Shown here piece after piece: positions 14,901 through 27,815 of a DNA stretch of 64,000 bases (position 1 is the first letter of the stretch; every line of letters begins with the position of its first letter). Below the pieces are notes generated by a model. That model was not told where the DNA came from. It worked only from the letters and a program-made list of their open reading frames with translations, and ran no database searches. The position numbers and the translations under genes were made by a program. This stretch comes from Lingula anatina (taxonomy: Eukaryota > Animalia > Brachiopoda), in assembly GCA_051362555.1 (NCBI GenBank), contig CM120649.1, forward strand, positions 17,002,567-17,066,566. The letters run 5' to 3'.

Positions 14901-17900
14901 ACTCTCACTATCGCACCATCTCCAGCAGGAGCAAGTGCACCTTTAATTTCAGAAGACTACAATCATCACCAACATCTTAACATAAACCATGGCTGCCCAT
15001 TTGGTACAACATTCCACCAGGCCAGATTCCCTTATCAGGTCTGTATTACATCCTTAAAACCACAAGACAGCAGGCCTTGGATTAACTCCCAGTCAGCGGT
15101 TCAAGTGGCTACAGGGAGAGACACAGCTCTTCTTTGAAGATGGCCATCAGCGGGGATGTAACACACTAATGCACTAGACTTCTTCTTTAGTCTCTTTTTA
15201 GACCTCTGGGCTAAGCAGAATGCTGGAATATAGCCTGGGTAATATTGATGAACATTTAACTTTCAAACTTTGAATTTGCATGGTTCATAGAGGCATTTGA
15301 AGATAGTATTGGTCTGGTGGATATGAAATGGCTGTGCTTTTTATCTTCGTTCATTGGTCAATTGTAGGCAAATTACTCAATCCCCGGATGTTTAAATTTT
15401 TTAATATAAAATTTCAAATTCATATGAAATACTGTTTCTTGCATGTATCTTTTCCAAATAAATTCAAAAATAAATTTCAAACCAGTTATATGAAATCTCA
15501 GCCAAATCAATGCAGAAAAAAATTCCATTATTTGTACCCCTTCAAGGAGAGAGAGCTACAGAAAGCAGGAAGCCAGTTCATTGTTCAAGCCAGCCTTGGC
15601 AGCAGAGAAAATTAGTTCCCCAGACTTCCTGTGTTAGGGAATATCTTCTTAATGTCTGGGGGCTGGATGAGTCATTTGTTATACAACTCCTATTGTAGTA
15701 AGCTTGGCCCTGGTTTGTTTGTTTTAATAGGTGTCTCTGTGGTATGGAAAGGTGTCAATAATTGTTTACTAGTACCTGAAGTGTCCTTTGTGTATGAGTG
15801 CCTTGTGTGTGAGTGTGTTTGTTTGTATGTGTGTGTGTTTGTGTGTGGTATCAGGGGCGGATCCAGGGATATTTTCTGACAGTCTTCCAAATAATCTTTG
15901 TTTATCGATCCTCCATTTTTGACCGTCTTCTGATAGAAAAAAAAAGATACCTGTCAATGTAAATTTGAAAATCTGACCGTCTTCTGGAAGACCCAGAAGA
16001 CGGCCTCAATCCGCCCCTGGGTATGTATGTGAGTGATGGGGGAGAGAGCTCATGTGCCCACGTGTGTGTGTGTGTGTGTGTGTATGTGTGTACGTGTGTG
16101 TGTGAATGCATGCTTAAAGAAGTAGGACAGGGAGAGACAGAGCAGGGTTGGGGGAAGGAAGGTGGGTTAATATGGCACCTAACTATTCCACCTCTCAAGT
16201 AATTCAAATTATAATTGCACTCAAAAGCCTATAATAAATTTCCTGAAGAATTGTGTTGCATAAGAAGTTTAAAGGCCACAAATAGACCACCTATATATTG
16301 GAGGTTAGGAGACACAAATCTTTAACAGAGGCAGTAAAATGGATATCAATTGCATAAGATGAGCAACAATCAATTTGTGTTTCTGTAAGACAGCAGAAAT
16401 CAATTGAAAAGTTAAAATTCAAGAGACAACAATACATAATCTTCCAAAGCTATAATCCAAAGAGAGAACTGATTCATAGGAAATAGCAGTGTTTGGTATA
16501 TTTGGTTTACATGTCTCATTTAGAACATCTCAATTCAACCAAGCATTTCCTCTCTTTCTCCTCAATCTTCAGTCTTTATGGTTTCTTGTCACTCTGATCT
16601 GTTGACAAGCAGGATTAGATCAAAACTGCTTCCTCTGCTTCCTTTGCCTGACATTTTGAAGAATCAGTGGTGAAACAATGAAACCTGACTACATATCTGT
16701 CCTGAGAAAGGAACATATAAGGCACGTCAGTTTAGACAAGAACAGTTTAGACCAACGTGGCACCTCATTCTGATCTTTAACCCCACCCCTGTAAAAAAAG
16801 AAAAAAAAATCCTATCAAAGTTTTTGCTGTTATATGCCCCTTCTCCTCCTACATTCTTGCTCTTCAAATGAAGTCAGTACTTGTGCTTAGTTACAGAGTG
16901 TCATATCAGCTACACTGAATCAGACATCTAGTCAAAGATAAAATATTCACCCTACTACTCAAGAACCAAGTTATTTCAGGACCAATCTTAGCATTTCCAA
17001 TCCAATACATTCCAATGTGAAAAGGGCCATAGTCACAGGTTAAGGATTATCTCTAATGCCATCCACAGATTAACTTTATGACAAAAGTCAGTTTGGTTTC
17101 CAGTCTCAAGTGGGCCTAGTGTGAACCCACCTGTACATACACATTTAATGGTTAAAAAAATTGCCGTCCCTCCTTCATTCTGAAAAACCAAAGTCTGTCA
17201 CTTTATTTAAGTACACAGATAATGTTACACTGCTTCCGGAAAAACAAATATATTTGTCAACATGGATTATCTTATGGAAATGTCTTTTGCTTTAGGAGTC
17301 TCTAAACTAGGGACAGAGACCCTTATATCATTACTTTCAATCAACATTTCAATTACTCTTGCCAAATATTACTCACGCTCCTACCAAACAGGAAATGTTC
17401 CAAATGACAAAGAAAGCAGTCAATGGATTGTTTAAAAAAAATCAAAATGCATTAAGAAAACATTGTCTGAAATGTATTTGCACTCGTGCATCACAAGCCT
17501 CGTGAAAAATATTTGTAAACTTCATTCATCATTCTTTATCAATGACTTCTCCAGTGATGTTGGTTACATTTAATTGCTTCATATGAGAGGTACTTGAGCC
17601 GACAAATCACCCATAACCTGCAAAGGGCAAATGGGGGACTCAACAGAAGTCAAGGGAACAAAATAGTAACAGGCAAACTTTTATGTCCATTTTTTCTGAA
17701 ATACTGGGTACTTGGAACTAAGACAATTGCTTACACCCCCTCTCCAAACACACACACATGCTAATAAATGAAAAGTAAAACAAGTGATTATACAACTTTA
17801 ATAATAGCTCTTTCACTGAGGGTGTGGTAAAAAGTGGTTCTTTCCCTAACAAATTCCCAACAAATTTTTCAGAAGAGTTCAACAATGCGAGTCTCCCCAA

Positions 17901-19539
17901 ACCGCCCATTACATGTTCTTACCGCAAGTGGTGTCGGGTTATGGAAGGCAGTCTGTTCACACACAAGAAGGAGCAGATCGAAGAATTTTGTTTTCACATC
18001 ACTTGTCTTTTACCTGTCAGTATGTTGTTTCAGTAAGGATTCTAGATAGTACTCAGTTTCCCATTCACATTTATTCTGAGTATTATTTTTTAAATACAGT
18101 TATGCTGCCAATATCCAGGCTGATTGGGTTAACAAACAGACCCCAACAAACTCGTTCCCTCCACTACATGTGAACGCATATTTACTGAAGTCAATTGAAG
18201 GAAACTGGTGACCACAACCTCACAATTTATCAAATCCTAACAATGCAGAAAGCACATGCCCAGGCATTCCTGTTGCCGAACAGAAACGTGCACTGACGCA
18301 TAAAAAGGAGAATTGTTTTACATCTTGCTGCTGTAACCCGATTGATCACAGAGGACTGTAAAATTTAAAACAAAAATGTTCTAATCTTGTGGCCTACCCA
18401 CAGACACAGTAAAATGAAGAGCAATATTGTTTCAAATCCTGCTAGCCTGATGCCAGCTAAAGCTAGGGAACTATATAACCTTCAAATTCAAAGCAGGATT
18501 TGGGGCAAAAAGAGCTTTTCTCCAAGATGGAGCACAGTCTACATTTATCAATACTCCAGCCTCTTTCAGACTTAGACCAGAAGAATGTTCCACAAATTGA
18601 TTCACATGTCTCACACAACTACATCCCTGCTAGTCCTTTAATTCTTTTAGATCGCATTCACAACGAGTTGAGCCAGGCTTTACAAATCTTGGGGACTAAA
18701 TATGGCGGACGTACATGAAAGAAAAACCGCCTAATCTTTTAATAGTCTCTCCGCCTCTCATACGCCTCCCCACACGTCGTCCCTGCGGGGGGACAGTCAT
18801 TAAATCTCGGCTCCATTGGGGCGACACATGGGGAGGCGTGTGAGAGGCGGAGAGACTATTAAAAGATAAGGCGGTTTTTCTTTCATGTACGTCCGCCATA
18901 TTTAGTCCCCAGGATTTGTAAAGCCTGGCTCAACTCGTTGTGAATGCGGCCTTACATTTCCAGACAGGTTACTGCAACAAAATTACATAACTTGCCTAAA
19001 GGCCTACTGGGCACCTCAACAGAATCCAATAATGGATCTCTTTTTCATGTCAAAAAGGGGTGTTGTTGGGTCAGAGTAAAAACCCCTGAAACCAAGAAAT
19101 CCCCCTGACAAAGTATTTGGGATATGCACAAACAAGTAAACAAGACTGTGCTAATTAACATTCCGACACAAATACTATACGGAACCCAGACTTCTAGGAA
19201 AATATGGTTTTGCTGAGTTATGACCCCACACAAATATCTTCCTACTGATGACTGAGAGCCTCTTTCACAAAGACCAGGTATTAAGAGAGAGTCTTAACAT
19301 TATATAGTGAACTAAAATGGAAATATTAATGCAAAATTTCAGAAAGAAAGAAAGCAAGCAAGAAAGAAAGATATCGAAGCTAACTCTTTCATTGCTAGCC
19401 AAGCTAACACTTCCCATTTTTTTAATAATTTAGTTCTTTATTATTTATCATCTTTTATTCCCTCACAAAAATGTACTTTTCATACAAGCTAACTAAATTA
19501 CTTTCAAAAATTTTTCAAACAACATTTCAACTATAACTT

Positions 19540-19608
<69 letters not shown>

Positions 19609-22600
19609 GGGGGGGGGGGGAGCAGTCTATTCCTGTTGTTCAATGACATTGAGTATATACCGTACCCCACATAGTACCTGGACAGGTGAGGAATCAGTGG
19701 GAGCACCAGTTAAAGAGCATTCTCCACACGGCTACCTGAGTAGGCAATGATTCAACGGGAGCAAGAGGTTAAAGAAACTGCTGCCACTCAATCTAAAGAT
19801 GATGAAGCAATAATGAGGAAGTTGCTGTGTTGGCATACACTTTACCTGGCGATTTATGCACCTTTCCTGTTCACTTGGATCTGTTTAAGGGGGAGTGTTT
19901 AACATGATCTTCTGTCTGCTACAGTGCCTTTCATTCAAAAATTGAAATCATGTTACACCACAACAGAAAGAGATCTTGATAACACAAAATTCAAAATCTC
20001 TGAAATCCCATTCAGACATTCTCAAAGGCTAAGTCCTTTTGTTGCATACCACAAAAATAATTTTTAAAAATAACTGAATGTGCAAAATAGATTTTTTCAA
20101 ATTACCAGAGCAGCTATATATGGGTATTTGATAAAACTAAAGAACACATCAAATTTTTTTTATATCTTTGCTACTTAACAATATTAAGAAACCCCTCTAC
20201 ACCTAAAGCTAAGCTTTTTCCAAATTACAATCTGGTACGTACATTGTAAAGGTCAGTTCAGTTTCCTCAGGTCTCCAAAATGACCCCTCTGTTGCCATGA
20301 TACTGCCTCCATTTTAATTTCATGGTTTCTCCTCTTGGCCATTTGTGGGTGTGACCAATGACCTCAATGCTTCCGGCTGTTCATTACATATGTTTACTAT
20401 TAGTAGTAATCTGTATTTTTTTTTCTCTTATTTTCAGTCCACTAGTAAATCGTATATTTGTACTGATATGTTTTCAGATTACTGAATGTTCTTTATTGGA
20501 CAGAAAAATCCCTATTAATTTGAAATAAATATTGACTATCTCAATTTGATCAAAATGGCACCATAAAAAGCCAGCACATGAGACGTCTTGTTCTGAAGCA
20601 GTACTTTACCGCTTTCAGCTTTGATTTATTATATTTCTGTTTCCTTTTCTCTGGGCTTACTTTATCATCTTAAGTTCTTATCACAATTCTACAGTCAATG
20701 AAAAGCCAATAAATATGACATATTAAAATAGGTAGACAGTTAATGTCACATTTTGGTGTAAAAACGTACGTGTGAAATGTATCAGACAAAATGGAAGTGA
20801 GAGAGGGTTTGTGGTTACACAGACACATAAAATACAAGAAATGCCTTTTTCATAGAGAAAACTTGCTTGTTAGAGATTAGAAACTGCTGATACGAACAAT
20901 GAACCAAAACGCATAGCAAGTGTGAAACTGTTATAATACAAGTTAAGGAACATGGATACTGAGTATAAACTGTTATATATCAAAGCTTCGGTCCAACCAA
21001 AAAAACTCAGGACCAGGAAAGAGTACATTAAAGACTGTCCTGATGATAGATCCAGATGTGGCTGCCCACTGAGATGAACCTATAAAACACTGTAGCCATT
21101 CTAATCCCAGTCCCCATTTCATGTCACTTGGAAAAGTTGTGGCACCTAGGGACCATTCTAACAAACTACCTCCACTATTCTGCACTTTGGGGCCATTCTA
21201 ACAACTTGCCTCGACTATTCTCCATGCTGGGGCCATTCACACAAACTGACTCTACTTAAAAGGCCTTCACCTTCCATTTAAACATACATTATATCAGACT
21301 ATATCACAAAGGTGTGCACTTTTATTTGTGATTAAAATATATAAAATGATTTTGATAGAAGGGATCGCCCATAAAACTCAAACTGCTACTTGTACTTGGC
21401 CTTAGGGGGTAAGAGGGTCCCTGAGGCCAAGGAGAACCTTATAAGTGTGGGGCAGGGGTCAAGAGACAAGAGCAAATATAGTACTCTACCAAATTTATCA
21501 ACTTGACAAGCATTCAATTTAATTGCTCATTGATAAGCCATAAATTTGTAGATCAAGATTGCCGATTGTTCTTATTGGAGACAATGATCTCTTGACATCA
21601 CATCATAAATATTCAGAACTTTACCACGAGGAAATCAAGCAGAGAATATTGAGAAGTTTACAAAAATTGGTTTTTCAATATTGAGATGATGGGGCCAAAA
21701 CTGCACTTCCGATAGGAATTCAACCAGCTGCATTCATATACAAGTACTGCTTTGGTAATTTTGCATCTCAGAGATTGTATTGTATCAAAATAAAGTGAGG
21801 TTTTGCAATTGTATCATATTACTTACATATATATTGTATGTTGTGATCTTACTTCAATAACTGCATGCGTTATAAAGAAAACTGCACTTTGGGGTGCCAC
21901 AAGGCTTCAAAATGGAGTCAGGGGATAAAAAGTTATATAGGAACAGGTCAAATCTATAAATCGGATCTGGGGCATGCATTCTGAAACATTGTTTTCAATT
22001 AGTAAACTGTCGAAGTTGACATCAGGCATCAGAAAAAGGCTAATAAATGTCAACACAATGACTTTTGATGGAGTTTTCTGTGCCCAAATTTGCAACCATT
22101 TCCAAAAAAATTCATCATGAGTTTCTGTTTGTATAGCGTAAATGTAAGCATATTCATCTCTTCATACTCATGACATTTGGTTTACTGCTGTCTGCACAGC
22201 ACTGGTAAGCAAACCAAATTGAAAAATTCCTTGGTGAAGAAAAATTCATTTTCCTCAAATAAAGAAAATAATAACTGTGAGACAGACATAAGGCCTCGCT
22301 CGGAGCTTTCACGAGGAGTTTGGTGTTTCTCACGTAGTGGTGAATCGGGTTCATCACAGGCTCCCGTCTCCCCTATTCGGACTTCAGTATTCAAGTTGAT
22401 CAACCATGGCATGTAGAAAGAAATTTGATTTCAATTCATGGAGCATCCTAAAGTGCCTAATTACACAGTTTTGAAGTTGTTAAGGATTTTACTACTGAGT
22501 TCGTTCTAATTGAACATAGTCAACATCTCTAAAATTTAGGTAACCTTTTTTCTTTCAACTTTTGACCAGATGCCCCAGATTTCAGCCACAAAAGACAGAA

Positions 22601-25600
22601 GGCACGAGCTCTGGTATTAAGAAAAAAGTGACAAATGTCTAATTTCCTCTGCAAGTCACTTTCCAAAGTTGAATTTGAAGTGATGAATATCCCATTATGG
22701 AAACACAAGAAAGTAACCCAATTGCCTCTTGAAATAAATAAAACTTTTCTGAACAAAAGGGGACAACTGACTAACTTCCTCCAAAGAGCCTAAAGTTATT
22801 TCCAAAACAAGCAGTGAATGAGTCAGTATTACGAACCCAATGAAACAGAATGTATACAAGATCCAGCAACATACTGGCCAGAATGGCCCACCCATTCAAC
22901 CCTAAATAGGAAATTCCACAGCTAGAAGTAAAGCCCTCTTTTCCTGCGAACAGGATACTTACTAGTAAGATAGGTAGCATGAAGCTTATATGCCCTACTC
23001 AAGATATGGTTCCTATATTGTATAATGGGTTGGCCAGACTCTGCCATCCTTTACAAGCTGGTCAGTCATTAGGGCTTCATTCACATGCAATGTCTATTTT
23101 CTAAATTCTATTTTCTATTCGCGGTATGTCTCATGATCACGGTCTGTGCCCTGAATATCCCGCGGCGTAATTACTGGCAGCGCGAGCCAGTTACTATAAG
23201 TTACTATAAGTAACTGGCTCGCGCTGCCAGTAATTACGCGGCGGGATATTCAGGGCACAGACCGTGATCATAAGATAGCGCGAATAGAAAATAGATTTTT
23301 AGAAAATAGACATTCCATGTGAACGAAGCCTAGTTCTGGTCAGTCATGTCCACCATATGCAACCTGCTTCTGATTAATCCAGGATATTTGTACATATCCT
23401 GCAAAATATTATTTGTAAGTGGTATTTAACTATTGTTTTCAAGTACTGACACTCCAGTTATAAGGGCAAAGTAGACTTTTTTTATTGATGGTACAATTAC
23501 AGAAAGAATAGAAATGCTGGAAATTATCAGTGCACACTGTGATGCATTATAAAGATACTTCAGTCCTGTATACTGTCAACCTCTTCCACCACATGCTCAT
23601 CAAACTAAACTAAAACAGCAGCCATTTTTGCTATTGCCTTCTACTTTTTATTGTGGTTCATTCACTTGTTAATCCAATTGCAATTCTAGGAATAGACCTA
23701 AAATATCTGTTTTAGCAGGGCATCAATCATTTCTTTCCCCATATGAAATGGAAACACCAAACACCCTAAACTCAACTCAATACTTAATCAGACTTGAAAA
23801 GAACTGAAATTAAACCCATTAAGCAATTAGAGAAATTGAAATAATTCACACCATTAAACCAGTGCAACACCAGACAGTCTATAGGCAAAGCCTGTCAAAT
23901 GTCAGGAGCTTTCAAGCTTGGATGCCATCTTGTATACAGTTTACAGTGTAAATGCATTGACCTAGCTCTGGGTTTTCAACAGCTCCCATCTGCAGCTAAC
24001 ACTTCTCTAAATCAAGCATAACACCATAATGATGTTCATACCACCCAAGATTTCATATGAAGCAAGAAACGGTGGCCTCAAAAATTCAGAGGATATATTT
24101 AAAATACTGATATCACGTACTGGGCTAAATACCACAGAACTGTAAATAACAAATACCAAAAATTAATCACAATTTTAAACCCATGCCTTGTTTTAGGCTG
24201 TATTCCCAGAGCTTTTAGATCGATCTATCCCCGCGGGGAGTCTCACTAGATTACTGTCAGATAATCCGGCTTAAATGTCCATCCCGCCTACTACAAGCTG
24301 TAAGGGGGTAATTAACTTTCGTGTCCGCCCGGCTGACAGCTATTTAGCGTGAACCCCCAGGGAGTTAGGTCGATCTAAAGTAGATCGATCTAATCTCTGG
24401 AAATGGGGTCTAAATGCCTGTGATTTTGTATGCATGTCAAAGACGATCCTATACACTTCTTCACCCCACCCCATCCAATCTCCCACTTAACTCCAGTATA
24501 TTACCTACATTCCAAACTAATTTTAGAAAATAAATTACCAACAAGATACTGTTGCAGTTTGGAAACTCTGGAAATGACAGTAATCCTGAGCAGTATGGTT
24601 AGATTACTCAAACTGAAGAACTGAGATAGCCAAAAGAAATGTTTGAGATCAAATTCTCACCTTTTTCACATTATCTTAAATCCATTATAAGACATTCAAT
24701 TTAGATTAACCCTTAATACCACCAGTTACAAAATGTTTCTATGGCTACACTTATAGGCAAGTTGAGATGACAAACAGTGCATTACATTCTCCAAAACTTG
24801 TGATCAACATTTTTGTGGATGGGACAACAGATAGATATAGAATGGCTTCTTTAAATTAAGAAATCATAATTATGTGGGCTACTTGGATACAATGCCTTAT
24901 TCCAGCCCTCAAAACTTGATTATTAACAGATAAAACACACCTGTGGTAGGGAATTCCTTGCATTTTTCAAAGCTTGATCTCTCTTTTACTCCTTTTAAAA
25001 CAAAAGTTCTTCCCATTCACAGAATGCCTAATAGATTAATTTTCATATGAAAGAAAATATTGAATTGAGATACTGAACTATGTATCTTTTAAAATTTTAA
25101 TCCACTGAAATAAAAACCATGATGAATGTAATTGCATACATAATTACGGTTCATGCTATGGGATAATAAAAAAATTGATTCATTCTTTGTATATATATAA
25201 AAAAAACAGTTATGTTACTTTGACAATGTAAAATAAAAAATAAAATAAAGAAAATAATCAAAATGTTTTCTATTCCAATATAATTGTGCGGAGGTAAAAT
25301 ATTTTCACCCATTGGTGATCCTTCCTTGAAAGCAACCCACAGATGAAATACCTTTCCCCCCTCATGGGTCATTATCTCCCATATAACTGTCCATGCTGTT
25401 CAGAAGAAATGCTCTGTATCCAAACACATCCCCCACCACAGGCAATGGAGTCTAAACAATAGGACACTGTTGTATCCATTCAAACTCCCATTGTTTGAGA
25501 TAAGGCAGACACTGGCTTCTGTGCTGCAGCCTGAAAGGAAATCTGAGATTCCTGGTGCTAAAGAAAAGTTGATCTAACTCTCTTGTGCAAACAAATATTG

Positions 25601-26367
25601 ATGGCTTAGGCTGCTGGCCAGTTTGTTTGTAATGGACAATCAAAATTCATCACTTATAATACTACAGCTCATTCATAAAATAAATCTTGGTACTTTCCCA
25701 TGTCATAGCATTCATCCTCTCTCTCTCTCTCTCTCTCTCAATACAATACTTATGCACATTTCCATGTTGCTGGGATTTCCTTAAAAATTCATAACAAGTC
25801 TTAAATATTTACGGGATGAATAATTTCATACAATAAACGTATGATGTCTGGTAATCTGAAGACTAAATAAAACTGTATGACATGGGTAAGAAAATATTCT
25901 TTCTAAAAAATAAAACAAATTTTCAAATTAATTAGAAAATCAAATGAATTTTTCTCTAATGCATTAGAATGTTATAAAGTACAATTGAAAATTGAAATCT
26001 AATATCACTACAAATTTCAAGAATTCATGAATGCATAAGGGGTAAATAGTGAGTGCACTGGGTTTAAAGGGTTAACACTTACCGCTGAGACTGTGACCGC
26101 GCAGAGCAGCAACGTCAGCACTGCACACCTGAAAACGCCAATACCAAAATGAGTGATACTCTGAAACTTCTGTGAACACCGTATACATTGAGCTGCAAAT
26201 TTCGAGTCAATTTCATGTAAAAAATGAACTCATACTCACCAAACGTAATTTTTCCAAAGCAAGCTATATGAATTGTATGAAATTACTCTAGTGGGTCTGT
26301 TTTTCCGAGGTTTAAGCAGAGGTTGGTGCATACTGCAACGGCAAGACTTCTCAGGGGTTTCGTTCAT
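4705..26367 (-). CDS. COL4A2: Collagen type IV alpha2-like chain, 5' part only (gene continues beyond position 1)
   Basis: Minus-strand exons with GT-AG boundaries and matching phases: 26367 (or 26331)-26240; 26128-26083 (W|[15 protein letters not shown], signal core); 12222-12142 ([27 protein letters not shown], 7S cysteines); 5207-5073 ([45 protein letters not shown]); 4749-4705 ([15 protein letters not shown]). It is head-to-head with the alpha1-like gene. The phase-2 split signal peptide and the 81/135/45-nt exons match the alpha2-class layout as I recall it. NC1 is outside the window, so the class assignment is inferred. Confidence 0.88.
5220..5440. repeat. Approximately 11-bp AT-rich minisatellite (ATTGATACAAT)
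   Basis: Degenerate tandem copies directly adjoining the acceptor of exon 5207-5073. Confidence 0.85.
5919..5972. repeat. (GT)n microsatellite
   Basis: Direct reading. Confidence 0.95.
8003..8260. mobile_element. Probable Harbinger-type MITE with short TIRs
   Basis: GGTTGCGTTCACA ... TGTGAACACACCT with TTA/TTA flanks; more CpG-rich than its surroundings. Confidence 0.55.
10625..10827. mobile_element. MITE with about 27-bp TIRs, related to family D ends
   Basis: GAGCGCATTCAGAACAGTGGACTAA ... TTAGTCCGCCGTTCTGAATGCACTC with TTA/TAA flanks. Confidence 0.65.
11849..12180 (-). repeat. Four copies of an approximately 43-bp exon-end plus donor unit separated by TG-rich spacers
   Basis: GTCTTACCCTGGATCCNTTCTCTCCTATACACC at about 11850, 11967, 12057 and 12135. 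The last copy is the genuine 7S exon end. Confidence 0.92.
15852..16019 (+). mobile_element. Short MITE family C, copy 1 (CAG termini, 5-bp TSD; hAT5-like)
   Basis: CAGGGGCGGAT...ATCCGCCCCTG with GGTAT/GGTAT flanks; homologous copy at 37217-37384. Confidence 0.82.
18650..18951. mobile_element. Fold-back MITE with long (about 130 bp) terminal inverted repeats, Harbinger/Tourist-like
   Basis: GATCGCATTCACAACGAG...CTCGTTGTGAATGCGGCC, arms nearly perfectly complementary, TTA/TTA flanks, CpG-rich. Confidence 0.88.
19544..19620. repeat. (AT)n followed by poly-T and poly-G runs
   Basis: Direct reading. Confidence 0.95.
21149..21256. repeat. Approximately 40-bp tandem repeat, about 2.7 copies
   Basis: GGGRCCATTCTAACAA...ACTATTCT units. 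Confidence 0.8.
23073..23330. mobile_element. Fold-back MITE family A, copy 1 (PIF/Harbinger, Tourist-like)
   Basis: Almost fully palindromic (GGCTTCATTCACATG...CATGTGAACGAAGCC) with a TAG/TAG 3-bp target duplication. A near-identical inverted copy lies at 28739-28995. Confidence 0.9.
24196..24410 (+). mobile_element. MITE family B, copy 1
   Basis: 215 bp with imperfect TIRs containing TAGATCGATCTA and TTA/TAA flanks; near-identical to 36097-36311. Confidence 0.88.
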
Positions 26368-27815
26368 TTTGCTCCCTTCCTGCCGATGATTTCTCTCGAA
26401 CCAAATCGTTCACAAATCAAAAACCGGTCGGCCCGGCAAGTTCTTTCCTTCCTGATGTAATCCTCACTTATCTTTTCTTCATTGAATCAATAATTCCTTC
26501 ACCATTGGGAAAAGTATGAGAAGTTTTCCCAGTTCTTCAAACTCCTTGCCAGACTGCTTCTCGTCTGCGGGGTTGACCTCGCGAGTGGGCGGGGCTTGAG
26601 GTTTGATTGACGTCCCGTCGGTTAGGTAAGGAGACTCGTCTGTACAGCACAGTAAACGATTGTCATCTACTCATATTTGTGTATAGGGACTTTTAACACA
26701 TATGGAGCCCAAACAATAAAAAGGGATTTGTGGATTTCCGCGTCTTTATTGTTCGTTGTGTCATTATTTACTCTTTGGTTAAGTTGAGTTACACAAATAT
26801 TGCGTGTACTGATGTTGCTGGCGTTTTAACTTCCTCTGGTTTTACTTTAGTGTGGTTTGACAAAAATAATATTAGCACAACAATACAAGTCTGGTGTTCT
26901 ACTTTAATTCAAACGCTCTTTATTATTAAAATATTTTCTGCCAGAAAAAGAGATGAAAAGAAAACATGCATATTACAAATACCGGTATGATCAGTATAGC
27001 TATTGTGCCGTTTAGGCCCTATCGTCATATTCTGATTAAAATTTTTGTCTTATGTACCTACGCATTAATCTGGTAAAAATCTGCAAAAACTCAAATGAAT
27101 GTTACCACTAATGCAGCACCTCAGATTTATTACATTTTAAAATAACAACAACAACAAAATTACTTATAGACGTTGTCTGGGTATAAGCTAGTAGGCCTAT
27201 ATTAAAATTAGGTCCCAACTTCCTATGTTGGATAATAGCTTTTCAAAATAGGAAAAGAACTACAAGGTATGGCAAATATGCTCTTTTATTTGAGACGAAG
27301 CTTTTACTAGGTCTTTTAAAACAAGCGGAATTACAGAATGAGAACGCAGTCTTTTGTGGAGGGAATACCAAAATGAAGGGAAAAAATAAAAAGACGGGGA
27401 AAGAATTACTTTTGGCATTTCCTCTCAGACAATGAGGCTTCTGTCGACTGTAACGTTTGCGTAGGTCCGGAGTTCACTAAGGTCTCTTTTATTTCCAGTC
27501 TCCCACTCTCCCAGGCTAACTTGCCTGTGTATATTCCTTACTGCAGCCGTCAATCAGGGACTAAGTGGCTGCCGCAAGTTTCCTGTGGGTTAGCGGTAAG
27601 TAGTGCGCTGCGCGGCGGACGGATACAAGGCCCCGCCTTCCCAGCTCATCAACATGTGCGATATGCCAAGATGGTGACCGAGAGAAGAAAGATGTTGGAA
27701 ATGGCTTGAAATTCACCGACGATTTCTGCTTCATCTTTAAGGCTATGCATGAACGCTGTTTAGGGAAAGGAAAAGGAGATTATAAACTGTTGGTTGTATA
27801 TTATAGACTGGCAAG
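26368..27815. promoter_or_regulatory. Divergent promoter and 5' UTR region shared by the two collagen IV genes
   Basis: About 1.45 kb between opposed ATGs and locally CpG-rich. GC boxes GGGCGGGGC (26587-26595) and GCCCCGCC (27630-27637), CRE-like TGACGTC (26608-26614), and a possible 5' UTR intron 27596-27806 (GTAAGT...TTATAG). Confidence 0.75.

Noticed and set aside
21395-21440. Short collagen-like codons on the minus strand
   Set aside because: The register is broken ([10 protein letters not shown]) and there is no convincing donor.
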